Assembly: GCA_044376085.1 (NCBI GenBank)
Contig: JBILLN010000007.1
Location: 33,027-97,026, forward strand
Direction: 5' to 3'
Source of the DNA: Bradymonadia bacterium
GTDB taxonomy: Bacteria > Myxococcota_A > Bradymonadia > UBA7976 > UBA1532
Length of the DNA stretch: 64,000 bases
Part shown: piece by piece, positions 21,086 to 30,620 of the stretch
Position numbering within the stretch: position 1 is the first letter of the stretch
Layout: the number at the start of each line of letters is the position of its first letter
Position numbers and translations under genes: made by a program
Notes under the pieces: generated by a model
The model's input: the letters and a program-made list of their open reading frames with translations, nothing else
Told to the model about the DNA's origin: nothing
Databases searched by the model: none

Positions 21086-22401
21086 TTCCGACCTCCCGCG
21101 GCGCCGGCGAGCATGCGCGACAGGGTGTACTCGAGGCCGAGATCCGTGTCCTCGTCGCACATCCGGGTGCCGTTGACGAAGACCTGGGGGGTGAGCACGC
21201 TGAGCGCATTGGAGACCGCCCAGCGCAGGCTCTTGACGATCTTGTTCTTGACCTGGGCGCCGCCCAGGCAGCCCTTCACGGCCGGGAATTCGGCCTCGAG
21301 GCGCTTTCGCACGGCCGGCTCGTCGGTCTTGGCCTGCGTCAGGAGTTCTTCCTGGTGCGCGAAGGCCCAGTCCAGGATGCGGACGGCCTCAGCCGGGCTG
21401 CCCTTGCCGGTGACGTTGCCGCCGGCGCACAGCATCGCCTCGGCCACGGCACAGGCGCCGGGGTGCATCGAGGTCGACACCATCCAGTTGCAGGTGGAAT
21501 CGAGCGGGAAGAGCACCGCCTTCATGTCCAGGCGGGTGTGCAGCTCGCTCGTCCCCAGGCGGGCATCGAAGGCTTTGCAGGACGGGCAGAGGGGATCGAG
21601 GACCTCGATCGTGGGGACGCCACCGGGCTGCGGCGCGATGGGAATCATGATGCCGGCCTCGTCCGCCGGGTTGGCCAGCGTGCCGCAGCCGTTCGGGCCA
21701 CCCGCCTTGGGATCGGCCTCGGGCATTGCGCCCAGGTACACGAGCGTCAGCACGCCGACGAAGGCCGTGCCCTCGACGATGCCGAGCAGGAACCGCCCGA
21801 TGCCCTTGCCGTCCGAGCCGTGGCTCAGAAACACGGCGCCGAGCGCGAACACGGCGGCAGCGGCACTCGCCCCGTACATGCCCTGGCAGACCTTGCAGAT
21901 GGCCCCGACCTTGGTGACCGCGAGCCAGTAGTAGATGGCGCTCATGCCCACGGGGAGCAGCGTGGCGGCGAAGAGAAAGACCGCCTCGGACCGCAGCGCC
22001 CGGCCCCGGACGAGCAGGTGCCCGGCCCGGTACGCCAGGAAAGCGAAGACCGCGATCGCGAAGAGGCTGACGGGGATGCCGCCCCAGTAGTCCTGCCGCA
22101 GCCAGGAGCTGTACGGGGAGAGCATCGCCGTGCGGCACGGGCTCTCCAGCGTGGCCTCGACGGCGGCGCTCGGGTTGAAGGAGCAGTGGATCTTGTGGAC
22201 CTCGCGATCGAGGTGCTGCACGAAGTCCGCGGTGCTCGTCGCCGAGAACCAGGCGCCGAGCAGGGCGGCGACCAGCACCAGGGCGAGGGGGATCCGGACG
22301 AGGCCCGCAGGCCGCCGGAGGGAGTCCATCTCGTCCGTCGGGTCGGCGCCGGGTTTCGAGGCCGAGTCGGGCGAGAGGTCGTAATCGTCTAGATTTGCCA
22401 T
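21082..22401 (-). CDS. VKOR (vitamin K epoxide reductase) domain fused to a C-terminal thioredoxin/DsbA-like domain
   Basis: Membrane CxxC (CKVC) in the VKOR core plus a periplasmic CPSC thioredoxin motif; start trimmed to MANLDDYDL. Confidence 0.8.
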   Translation of the reverse strand: MANLDDYDLSPDSASKPGADPTDEMDSLRRPAGLVRIPLALVLVAALLGAWFSATSTADFVQHLDREVHKIHCSFNPSAAVEATLESPCRTAMLSPYSSWLRQDYWGGIPVSLFAIAVFAFLAYRAGHLLVRGRALRSEAVFLFAATLLPVGMSAIYYWLAVTKVGAICKVCQGMYGASAAAAVFALGAVFLSHGSDGKGIGRFLLGIVEGTAFVGVLTLVYLGAMPEADPKAGGPNGCGTLANPADEAGIMIPIAPQPGGVPTIEVLDPLCPSCKAFDARLGTSELHTRLDMKAVLFPLDSTCNWMVSTSMHPGACAVAEAMLCAGGNVTGKGSPAEAVRILDWAFAHQEELLTQAKTDEPAVRKRLEAEFPAVKGCLGGAQVKNKIVKSLRWAVSNALSVLTPQVFVNGTRMCDEDTDLGLEYTLSRMLAGAAGGRK

Positions 22402-22413
22402 GTTTCCTTCCCG

Positions 22414-22446
22414 GGAAAAAAGCGCGCGCACTGTGAGCGCGGGCTC
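22414..22446 (-). terminator. GC-rich hairpin followed by a T6 run on the minus strand, downstream of the 22511..23356 gene
   Basis: Minus strand reads ...CCCGCGCTCACAGTGCGCGCGCTTTTTTCC; the stem is imperfect. Confidence 0.3.
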
Positions 22447-22510
22447 TCTCGTTGGCAAGGAAATTCACAGCGGGGGCGACGGCCGGTCCGCGGCCGGGGG
22501 CCCCGGCCCC

Positions 22511-23356
22511 TCACTTCGGCGGAGCGCTCGGCGTGCCCGGGGGCAGGACCTTGCAGGTGCAGTCCGTGACGGTCGAGCCCTTCTTGGTGGCCTCGTCCTT
22601 GTACTTCTTGCAGTCCGCCTGCCCGGTCTCGCCCTTGAACTGCACCTCTTTCTTGAGTTTGCCGTCGTAGGCGAACCAGAACTCGCAGGCGTTGGGGATG
22701 AGCTCCACCATCGTAAAGAAGGAGTAATCCTCCGCGCCCTGCTGCTTCGTCCAGAGGTGCTCGGCGACCTTGAAGTTGTACGGCTCGTGGTTGGGCATCG
22801 CGATGTCGAACTCGTACGTCTGGGAGATGTCGAGGTTCGAGATGTCCAGCGGCGAGAGGCACGGCTCGGACTGACCCGTCGCGGCGTTGGGTTTGACGCA
22901 CTTGTTCGGGTCTTTGTCCTGGATGATGACCGCGCCGGGGGGCGTCGTCTCGATGCGCAGATTGCCGAAGCGCTTGAGCTTGGCGATCTGCTCCTTCATG
23001 TGGGCTTCTTCGATCGCCAGTTTCTTGGCGATGCGTTCTTCGCGGGCCTCGTGCGACGAGAGCTTGGCGAGCAGGTAGAACCCGCCACCGACCGCGACGA
23101 TCAGGATCAGGAAGACGAAGAGGTTCGTCGCCCCCCGCTTGCGGGCGCCCGGGTCGACGAAACGCTCCATCAGGACCGCGGCGTCTTCCTTCATCTCGCC
23201 CCCGGAGGTCATGAACATCTGACTCATGGTCTCGACGTGGGCATCGGCGGCGGGCTTCTTCGGGCCGGGCTTGCTCTTCGGCTCGTCGCTCGCGCCGACG
23301 TCCTTGGCCAGGCTGTCGATGATCTCGTCCGCGGATTCGTTCTTCTTCTTTGCCAT
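22511..23356 (-). CDS. Hypothetical single-pass membrane protein with a Lys-rich cytoplasmic N-terminus
   Basis: TM helix LFVFLILIVAVGGGFYLLA; coiled-coil-like segment; Lys-rich composition despite high genomic GC argues it is real. Confidence 0.55.
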   Translation of the reverse strand: MAKKKNESADEIIDSLAKDVGASDEPKSKPGPKKPAADAHVETMSQMFMTSGGEMKEDAAVLMERFVDPGARKRGATNLFVFLILIVAVGGGFYLLAKLSSHEAREERIAKKLAIEEAHMKEQIAKLKRFGNLRIETTPPGAVIIQDKDPNKCVKPNAATGQSEPCLSPLDISNLDISQTYEFDIAMPNHEPYNFKVAEHLWTKQQGAEDYSFFTMVELIPNACEFWFAYDGKLKKEVQFKGETGQADCKKYKDEATKKGSTVTDCTCKVLPPGTPSAPPK

Positions 23357-23477
23357 CGTGGTCCTCGGGGCCTCGAATCAAAAGGCGCGCCGCAGCATGC
23401 GGGATGTCTCGCCGCAACGCAACACTGCACGCGCGGCACGGGGCACGGTCATCCGACCGCGGTCGATCACGGTCGGG

Positions 23478-24170
23478 TCACTGGGCGGTCCAGTCGCAGG
23501 GCTTCTTCTCGACCTTGCCGTCCTTGTCGATCTTGGGCGGGGGCTCCTGCCCGATCGGCACGACGGTCATGAGACGGGTCTGCTTGTCCTTGGCGCAGGG
23601 CTGACGCCCGTTCTTCCCTTTGTCGCACTCCAGCGTGACGACGTCGCGCTTGGCACCGACCTTGACGCCGTAGTCGGCGGTGACCTCGTAGTCGCCGACC
23701 GGCAACTTGCGGAAGACGAACTCCGACTGGTGACCGCCGAAGTCGATGAGGTCTTCGAGCACCAGCGTGGTCGACTGCCCCGTGGCCTTGCTCTTCGCCG
23801 TCACCTGCGCGGTGAACTGACCGGTCTTCTTGACGAAGGGGCAGATGCGCACGGTCAACTTGCCTTCGCCCGGGCCGGGGGGACGATCGGCCTCGGCCTT
23901 GGCCTTGGCCTTCTCTTCGTCCGCCTTCCGCTGTGCGGCGATGGCGGCTTTGGCTTCGGGCGACCGTTCACCCTTCACGCACTTCTCGTACATGCAGATG
24001 TACTTGTCGTTCTTGCAGTCCTCGTCCCAGGCACAACTCGCCGGGACCGGGGCCTCCGGGGCCTTGGCCCCGGCACCGGAGCCGTTGGGCGCGGACGGTT
24101 TGTCGCACGCTCCGAAGAGCACGAGAACGAGCGCCGGACCGGCGAACCGCGCGGCGTGGAGCAGATGCAC
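23478..24170 (-). CDS. Hypothetical Cys-containing lipoprotein
   Basis: GTG start with GGGAGGG 8 nt upstream; lipobox LFGAC; Lys/Glu-rich linker. Confidence 0.55.
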   Translation of the reverse strand: MHLLHAARFAGPALVLVLFGACDKPSAPNGSGAGAKAPEAPVPASCAWDEDCKNDKYICMYEKCVKGERSPEAKAAIAAQRKADEEKAKAKAEADRPPGPGEGKLTVRICPFVKKTGQFTAQVTAKSKATGQSTTLVLEDLIDFGGHQSEFVFRKLPVGDYEVTADYGVKVGAKRDVVTLECDKGKNGRQPCAKDKQTRLMTVVPIGQEPPPKIDKDGKVEKKPCDWTAQ

Positions 24171-24388
24171 GGTGGAGTCCCTCCCCGGGGAAACGTCGAG
24201 CGAAACGCAGTTGTAACCGCATCCCGGGCCGTCGGGGGTGCAGTTTTTTTCACAAGGCCCATACCTTGACACCGGAATTGGTCTCGGCTACCTATCCCGG
24301 GTCTCGCAGGCCGGGTCAGCGACGCGCTGTGGCCTGCCGCAACGATTCATGGACAGCGAACAAACGCGCGGAAACCGGAGGCTGTTGG

Positions 24389-25036
24389 ATGGGGTTCATC
24401 GCTGAAGCGTTCTCGAAGGGTGGGTTCTGGATGTGGCCCATCCTGGTGGTGCAGATCATCTGCTGGGCCATCGCCCTGGAGCGCGTCTACTACCTGTACT
24501 TCCGCGCCAGCGTCCGCGCCGAGGAGCTCGTGACGATGCTCCAGCGGACGATCCTCGACGGCGACCTCGCCAAGGCCGTTCGGCTCGCGTCCACCTCTAA
24601 TACGCCGCTCGGCCGCATCGTCCACCACGGTCTGCTGAAGGTGAAGGGCGAGGCCGACGAGGTCCAGGCCGCCATGGACGAGGCCGCCCTCCGTGAGCTG
24701 CCCCGCGTCGAGAAGCGCACGCCCTACCTCGCCATGCTCTCCAACGTGGCCATGCTCACCGGTCTGCTCGGCACCATCTCGGGCATGATCGTGTCCTTCG
24801 GCGCCGTCGCGAACGCCGACGCGTCCGAGAAGGCCGCGAAGCTCGCCGAGGGCATCTCCGAAGCCATGAACTGCACCGCCTTCGGTCTCGTGACCGCCAT
24901 CCCGGCGCTGCTCTTCTACGCCGTCCTCCAGGGCAAGACTCAGACCATCATCGACGAGGTCAACGAGGGCTCCCTGCGCGTCGTGAACTTCGTCCTCGCC
25001 AACCGCCACAAGCTCCAGAACGCCAAGGACGCCTGA
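24389..25036 (+). CDS. MotA/TolQ/ExbB family proton-channel protein
   Basis: GGAG RBS; 3-TM topology with LLGTISGMIVSF and AFGLVTAIPALLFYAVL, as in the TolQ/ExbB C-terminus. Confidence 0.85.
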   Translation: MGFIAEAFSKGGFWMWPILVVQIICWAIALERVYYLYFRASVRAEELVTMLQRTILDGDLAKAVRLASTSNTPLGRIVHHGLLKVKGEADEVQAAMDEAALRELPRVEKRTPYLAMLSNVAMLTGLLGTISGMIVSFGAVANADASEKAAKLAEGISEAMNCTAFGLVTAIPALLFYAVLQGKTQTIIDEVNEGSLRVVNFVLANRHKLQNAKDA

Positions 25037-25086
25037 GGCGCCGGGACCCTTCGGCCCTCGTCCCCCTCTGACCTTCAGGAGTACCC

Positions 25087-25668
25087 ATGGCCGGCGGCGG
25101 CGCACCTACACCCGCAAAGGGCGGCAAGAAGTCCGTCGACTTCACCGTCAACCTCGTCCCGACGATCGACCTGCTCTCGGTGCTCATCGCGTTTCTGCTG
25201 ATCACCGCCGTGTGGACGCAGCTCGCGCGGATCCAGGCCTCCCAGGTTCTGCCGAAGACGTCGCCCACCCCGCAGGAAGAAGAGCCGGACAAAGAGAAGC
25301 CGAAGAAGCTGATGCTCTTCATCCAGCCGGAAGAAGTGACCATCAACTTCACGAACGTCGACCCCGTGGCCGTGCCCCCGGTGACCTTCAAGAAGTCCGA
25401 GGGCGATCTGAACAAGCTCGTCCGCGAACACATCAAGAAGGTCGCGAACGACACGGCGCTCGTCGTCGACAAGAAGAAGCAGGCGGTCGTCATCGCATCG
25501 AGCGACACCGTCGAGTACCGCCAGATCATCGAGACGATGGACATCCTGATCGACAACGGCCTGCCGGGTCTCTCCCTGGCGGACGCCAACGTCGTGAAGG
25601 GCATGTTGCCGGACGATCCGAACGCGCCGCCCCCCGGTGGTGCGCCGTCGCCCGCCCCCCCGCAGTGA
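25087..25668 (+). CDS. ExbD/TolR family protein (copy 1)
   Basis: Single TM with conserved Asp (LVPTIDLLSVLI); periplasmic domain; Pro-rich tail. Confidence 0.85.
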   Translation: MAGGGAPTPAKGGKKSVDFTVNLVPTIDLLSVLIAFLLITAVWTQLARIQASQVLPKTSPTPQEEEPDKEKPKKLMLFIQPEEVTINFTNVDPVAVPPVTFKKSEGDLNKLVREHIKKVANDTALVVDKKKQAVVIASSDTVEYRQIIETMDILIDNGLPGLSLADANVVKGMLPDDPNAPPPGGAPSPAPPQ

Positions 25669-25689
25669 GCCCGAGGAGCGCGCGCCCGC

Positions 25690-26283
25690 ATGCCGTTCGT
25701 CACCAAGCCCAGTAAACACCTCGTCAAGAAGGTTCCCCTGGCGTTCATCCGCAAAGTGGCGGATGGGCACGGGCGGGCCAACGTCATCGCCGACCTCAAC
25801 GTGACGCCCATGGTGGACATGCTCACCATGCTCGTCATCTTCCTGCTGCTGACGTTCTCCGCGAGCGGTGAAATCCTCACCATCACGAGGGACATCGTGC
25901 TGCCCAAGGCGTTCAACGCCGTCGAGCTCGAGCGCGCGCCCATCATCGCCATCTCCAAGGCCAAGATCGCCTTCGAGGGGCAATTCGTGATGGACGCCGG
26001 TGACATCACCAACGAGCGCTACGTCGACTTCGTCCTGCCGCCGCTCAAGGAGCGCCTCGAGCGCAACCGCGACCAGTGGAAGCTCACGCACCAGGACAAG
26101 ACGTTCGATGGCAACGTCATCATCCAGTCCGATAACTCGGTGAACTTCATGGTCATCAAGATGATCATGATGACCTGCGCGCAGGCCGAGTACTCCCAGA
26201 TGAACTTCGCCGTGCTCCGCACGGACCGCGCGGGTTCGTCCGTCGGCCCCGCCGAGGGTGGCGAAGGCGCCCCCGCGCACTGA
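25690..26283 (+). CDS. ExbD/TolR family protein (copy 2)
   Basis: TM with conserved Asp (VTPMVDMLTMLVIFLL). Confidence 0.8.
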   Translation: MPFVTKPSKHLVKKVPLAFIRKVADGHGRANVIADLNVTPMVDMLTMLVIFLLLTFSASGEILTITRDIVLPKAFNAVELERAPIIAISKAKIAFEGQFVMDAGDITNERYVDFVLPPLKERLERNRDQWKLTHQDKTFDGNVIIQSDNSVNFMVIKMIMMTCAQAEYSQMNFAVLRTDRAGSSVGPAEGGEGAPAH

Positions 26284-26284
26284 C

Positions 26285-27289
26285 ATGCTCCGCTTCCTGC
26301 GCGGCCGCTCGGGCGCGCTCCTCATCGTCTCCCTCCTCGTTTTCGTCGCTTTCGCCGCCTATCGGTATCTGGACCGCGCCGGCGGCGTGCTCGTCGAGTT
26401 CGACCAGCCCAAGTTCATGGTCGTCGCCCTCGAGGGCATCCCGCTGATCCGGACGGACGGTCAACCCCTCGATGTCATGACCGGCGAGCCCGTCAAGATC
26501 GCCTGTCAGCGGGTCTCGCCCAAGGAAGGGCAGGGCACGGCACGATTCCGGTACGACTTCGGCGACGGTACCGTCGACGAAAAGCCCGACTGCGATGTCT
26601 CCCATGTTTTCCAGGGGACGCCCGGCCGCATCGTCACGCTCGATGTGCAGTACGTCGTCGAACGCCCGGACGGCAGCCGCTCGGTCGTCGATCGGTACCG
26701 CTCCGAGTTGCGGCTGACGGCCTCCAGGGCGTTCTTCCGGCTCCGCGGTTTCGGGACGCCGGCGAACGAGGCCATCCCGTCGCTGTCGCTGCCCCACGAG
26801 GTGATGCCCTACGTCGAGGCGGCCCTGAAACTCGACCCCGCGCAGGTCAAGGCCAAGGCCTACGTCGTAGCGTACTTCACACAGCGCGACGGGGAAGACG
26901 TCGCCTATCTGCGCGTCGCGCCGCCGAAAGAGGGGGGCCAGGCGGTGCGCGCCATCACCGCCTCACCGAAGCACTTCCGGGACTTCGGCACGTACCTCGG
27001 TTTGGCGGCCATCCCGGACGAACCCATCACCATCGGGCAGCCCGAGGATGATCGTCTGCTCTTCGACGTTTTCGCGGGCCTGTTCACCTCGGCGAACCTC
27101 GACGCGCTGGTCGCAAAGTGCTGCACCAGCAGCGGCGCCGGCGTCACGAGCAATACGGGTCTCCGGCTGGACGAAATCCGGGCGCTCGCGCACGAGGGCT
27201 GGTTGACGGAGCCGCTGCGGGTCGTGCGGGTCTCGGGCGCGGGCGGTGGAACCCGTCTCCTCGCGCCCCCGCCGTCGTCGGCCCCGTAG
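26285..27289 (+). CDS. Hypothetical N-terminally anchored periplasmic protein, translationally coupled to exbD2
   Basis: ATG overlaps the exbD2 TGA; TM anchor LLIVSLLVFVAFAAY; no TonB SHLS motif and no Pro-rich spacer. Confidence 0.55.
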   Translation: MLRFLRGRSGALLIVSLLVFVAFAAYRYLDRAGGVLVEFDQPKFMVVALEGIPLIRTDGQPLDVMTGEPVKIACQRVSPKEGQGTARFRYDFGDGTVDEKPDCDVSHVFQGTPGRIVTLDVQYVVERPDGSRSVVDRYRSELRLTASRAFFRLRGFGTPANEAIPSLSLPHEVMPYVEAALKLDPAQVKAKAYVVAYFTQRDGEDVAYLRVAPPKEGGQAVRAITASPKHFRDFGTYLGLAAIPDEPITIGQPEDDRLLFDVFAGLFTSANLDALVAKCCTSSGAGVTSNTGLRLDEIRALAHEGWLTEPLRVVRVSGAGGGTRLLAPPPSSAP

Positions 27290-27290
27290 G

Positions 27291-28061
27291 TCAGTTTCCC
27301 TTCATCAGGCGACGGCGCGAGAACGTGTCCTCCGCCAGGGGGACGTCGAACTGCATGTGGGCGAACTTGAGCTCGCTGTAGCTGCCCTGGCGCGCGGCGT
27401 CGCGCATCAGCATGCGCGAGGGAAATCGCCGGCCGCTGGCCTCGACGAGATCGTGCATCGTCAGCGTCTTGAGGAGCAGCCCGCTCTGGGCGAAGCGCTC
27501 GGCCTTGACCGGGACGTAGGTGTCCTTGGCGATCCACGTCTTGCGGCGCGCATAGGTCTGCCCGGGGGCCTTGGCGACGAGGTCCACGATCCAGCAGTCG
27601 GTGCCCTCGACCTTCTCCTCGCCGATGACCTTGGCGTTGTAGTCCTGCAGGAGGGCGCGCTGCTCGAGCATGTCCTCGTAGCTGAAGTCGCTGTCCATCA
27701 CGCTCTGGCGGAGCATGTGGCCACTGATCTTCACGACCTTCTCCGTGGTCGGCAGGAACATGTAGAGGTTCTTCTCGAGCTTGAGGTACTTGACGCCCTT
27801 GTCGCGCGGCGGCGACAGAAACTCGCTGTAACTGTCGTCCCAACCCCGGCTGACGATGCGCATCGTGCGCGTGTCGGTCTTGCCGTCCCGCACGACCGTC
27901 AAGGTCGAGTCGGCCGTTCGGGTCTTGAAGGTCATCACTTCGTCCATCTTCTGGACGAGGAACTCGGCGGTCGGCGTTTCGGCTGCCCGCGCGACGGGCA
28001 CGGGGACGGCCAGCGCGAAGACCGCGAGGAAGAGGGTCGGGAGGACGTGACGGCGTTTCAT
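27291..28061 (-). CDS. LolA-like outer-membrane lipoprotein-sorting family protein
   Basis: Signal peptide MKRRHVLPTLFLAVFALAVPVPVARA; last gene of the ABC/FtsX operon, the usual context for LolA-like proteins. Confidence 0.65.
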   Translation of the reverse strand: MKRRHVLPTLFLAVFALAVPVPVARAAETPTAEFLVQKMDEVMTFKTRTADSTLTVVRDGKTDTRTMRIVSRGWDDSYSEFLSPPRDKGVKYLKLEKNLYMFLPTTEKVVKISGHMLRQSVMDSDFSYEDMLEQRALLQDYNAKVIGEEKVEGTDCWIVDLVAKAPGQTYARRKTWIAKDTYVPVKAERFAQSGLLLKTLTMHDLVEASGRRFPSRMLMRDAARQGSYSELKFAHMQFDVPLAEDTFSRRRLMKGN

Positions 28062-28078
28062 GGGGCTCTCCAGAGGGG

Positions 28079-29368
28079 TCATTTCGTCCGCATGGCCACG
28101 ATGGGTTGAACGCGGGAGGCTCGAATGGCCGGGCCCAAGGCGCCGAGCAGGGCGACCGCCAGCCCGACCCCGACCGCGAACAGGAGACCGTCCCAGGTGG
28201 GGAGAGCGTGCACGGTGCTCGAGACCGGGACGAACATCTTGCGGGTGGTACCTTCGCCGAGCTGAATGCCATGCTCGGCCAGCGCGTGGGCCGCGAGCGA
28301 ACCGAGCGCGGCGCCCACGAGACAGCCGATGAGGCCGAATGCCAGGGCTTCGAAGACGAAGACGCGCACGACCGCTCCGCGCTTCATGCCCAGCGCGAGA
28401 AGCACGCCGATCTCCTTCTGCCGCTCCAGCACGGTCATCATCATCGTGTTGAGCAGATTCACGCCGGCGACCGCGACGATGAAGATGAGAAGAATCGTCA
28501 ACACGACGCCGAAGATGGTGGAGACGAGGCGGGCCATGCCGATCTCGGACCAGGCCTTGACTTCGAGCCCGGCGACGAGTCCGCTCGCCTGCAGCCGGGT
28601 TTTGAGCGCGGCGGCGTCGTCGAGGCCGGGGCCGAGCACCAGGACGTCCGTCACGGCGTCGGGGAGGTCGAGCAATCGCCGCGCGACGCCGAGGGGGACG
28701 TGGGCGAGACGGTTCGCAAAGCGGTTGCCGAAGTCGACGATGCCGACGACCTTGGCGCCGGCGTCGGCCACACCCTTGCGGTAGCTGACGATCTGCACCT
28801 CGGCGCCGGCCCCGACCCCGAGGCGGCGCGCAAGGTCGCTCCCGAGGATGATCTCGGGTGCGTCGTCGGCGGTGAAGTCCGTACCCGCGACGAGGCGCTC
28901 GTGCAGGCGCAGAACGGACCGCTCCGCGCTCGGCACGAGTCCGATGGCCGGGGCGAACTCCACGACCTTGCGGCCGAAGATCTGTTCGTCGGTGAGTTGG
29001 TCCTCGGGGATGCCCGCCGATTCGGGGACGATCGTCGACTCGTCGGTGGACTGCACCATGACCCGGAACTGCACGCGACCAAGCACCGCGCGGACGCCCG
29101 GCACCTCGACGAGGGCGGCGCGCAGCGCCTCGAAGTCACCGACCGTGTACTCCAGCGGGTCGAAGCGCGCTTCACGTTCGTAGTCCGCATGGCGCAGGCG
29201 GACGTCGCCCGTCTGCTTCGCGAACTCACCGACGACGTGGTGTTTCAAACCCGCGATCATCGCGTGACCCACCAGAAGGAGGGCGACGGAGATGATCACC
29301 GCGAACGTCGTCAGCGCGCTGCGACCCTTGTGGCGGGCGATGTTGCGCCACGCGTAACGCGTCAGCAT
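28079..29368 (-). CDS. ABC transporter permease, FtsX/LolE-like
   Basis: N-terminal motif YAWRNIARHKGRS; 4-TM FtsX architecture. Confidence 0.8.
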   Translation of the reverse strand: MLTRYAWRNIARHKGRSALTTFAVIISVALLLVGHAMIAGLKHHVVGEFAKQTGDVRLRHADYEREARFDPLEYTVGDFEALRAALVEVPGVRAVLGRVQFRVMVQSTDESTIVPESAGIPEDQLTDEQIFGRKVVEFAPAIGLVPSAERSVLRLHERLVAGTDFTADDAPEIILGSDLARRLGVGAGAEVQIVSYRKGVADAGAKVVGIVDFGNRFANRLAHVPLGVARRLLDLPDAVTDVLVLGPGLDDAAALKTRLQASGLVAGLEVKAWSEIGMARLVSTIFGVVLTILLIFIVAVAGVNLLNTMMMTVLERQKEIGVLLALGMKRGAVVRVFVFEALAFGLIGCLVGAALGSLAAHALAEHGIQLGEGTTRKMFVPVSSTVHALPTWDGLLFAVGVGLAVALLGALGPAIRASRVQPIVAMRTK

Positions 29369-29390
29369 CGACACGGGTGTCTCTCCATCG

Positions 29391-30620
29391 TCAATCGTCC
29401 TCCCGCAGCGCTTCGATGGGGGAGAGTTGCGCTGCACGAAAGGCGGGCCAGAGCGAAGCGACGAGGGCGGTGCCGACCCCGAAGGCGGCCCCCTTCAGAA
29501 TTGTCACCAGCGTCAGGTCGAAATAGAGGACGGGGGGGACCAGGGACACGGACTCGGCCTGCTCGAGCTCCGGGAAATGCAGCCCGTGCACGGCGAAATG
29601 GTGCGCCACCAGACCGCCGAGCAGGGCGCCGACGGCCGCCCCCACCACGGCGATGACCAGCGACTCGATGGTCATGAGCCGGCGCACCCGCGCCGGGGTC
29701 AACCCGATGGCCATGAGGGTGCCGATTTCGCGGGTGCGTTCGATGGCGCTCATCAGACCGGTATTGGCCACTCCGGCCGCAGCCATGAGCAGGATCAGGC
29801 CGACGACGATATGAAAGGCCGCCCGCCGGATCTGATTGACCTCGCGGAAGTCGCGCGTGCGTTCCTCCCAGGTCTCGACGACGACCGGACCTTCGGGTGT
29901 TTCGAGCGCGGCTTCGGCCCGGAGCGCGTCGGCCGGATCGGGAAATCGCGCCAGGACCTCGGTGGCGAACCCCTCGGGCAGGTCGAGGAACGGCGCGCCG
30001 ATGCTGCGGGGCACGACGACCGTGTAGTTGTCGACGAGCGGATGACCCGTTGCGATGGGGCCCGCGAACCGGACGGCGTCGAGCGCGTTCAACGTGCCGC
30101 GGCGCGTCTTCGCCTTGAGGAAGATGCGGTCGCCGGGTTTCCAGCGAAACGTCTCCGCGATGCCCGCGCCCGCCCAGAGATAGGGCTCGTCACCCGGGGG
30201 GACCGGCAGCTCTCCCACCGGGAACACCGCCCGATAGGCCTCGCGGTCGACGACCAGGCCGCGGCACCGCAGGATTCGACGCCCGTCGCCGACCTCTGCG
30301 GCAAACGAGACGCGATCCACGACGCGCGTTCCCGGGGCGAGGCCGGCCAGGGTGGCGGCGAGCGCGGGGGCGTCCGGGAACGGTTTGTCGAGGGGCTGGT
30401 AGTCCTCCTCGGCGAGGTAGTCCCGGGGGACGACCCGGACGTGGGCCGACTCGTTGTCGACCTCGATCGCAATCAGCGTCGCGTCGATGCCATCCACGAA
30501 ACTGCGTGACACGATGAAGAGCGACACGCCCAGGAGAATCGACGTCAGCGTGAAGAGGGACCGCCGCCGGTTGCGCAGCGCGTTGCGGGCCGCCAGACGG
30601 ACGAGATAGGCGTCAACCAT
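29391..30620 (-). CDS. ABC transporter permease, FtsX/LolC-like
   Basis: N-terminal motif LAARNALRNRRRS; FtsX domain; start overlaps the ATPase stop. Confidence 0.8.
   Translation of the reverse strand: MVDAYLVRLAARNALRNRRRSLFTLTSILLGVSLFIVSRSFVDGIDATLIAIEVDNESAHVRVVPRDYLAEEDYQPLDKPFPDAPALAATLAGLAPGTRVVDRVSFAAEVGDGRRILRCRGLVVDREAYRAVFPVGELPVPPGDEPYLWAGAGIAETFRWKPGDRIFLKAKTRRGTLNALDAVRFAGPIATGHPLVDNYTVVVPRSIGAPFLDLPEGFATEVLARFPDPADALRAEAALETPEGPVVVETWEERTRDFREVNQIRRAAFHIVVGLILLMAAAGVANTGLMSAIERTREIGTLMAIGLTPARVRRLMTIESLVIAVVGAAVGALLGGLVAHHFAVHGLHFPELEQAESVSLVPPVLYFDLTLVTILKGAAFGVGTALVASLWPAFRAAQLSPIEALREDD

Noticed and set aside
24241-24295. T7 run and TTGACA-N17-TACCTA upstream of exbB as a sigma-70 promoter or terminator
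   Set aside because: The -10 match is poor (2-3 of 6), and the T-run is not preceded by a convincing stem and lies 5' of both flanking genes; too weak to call.
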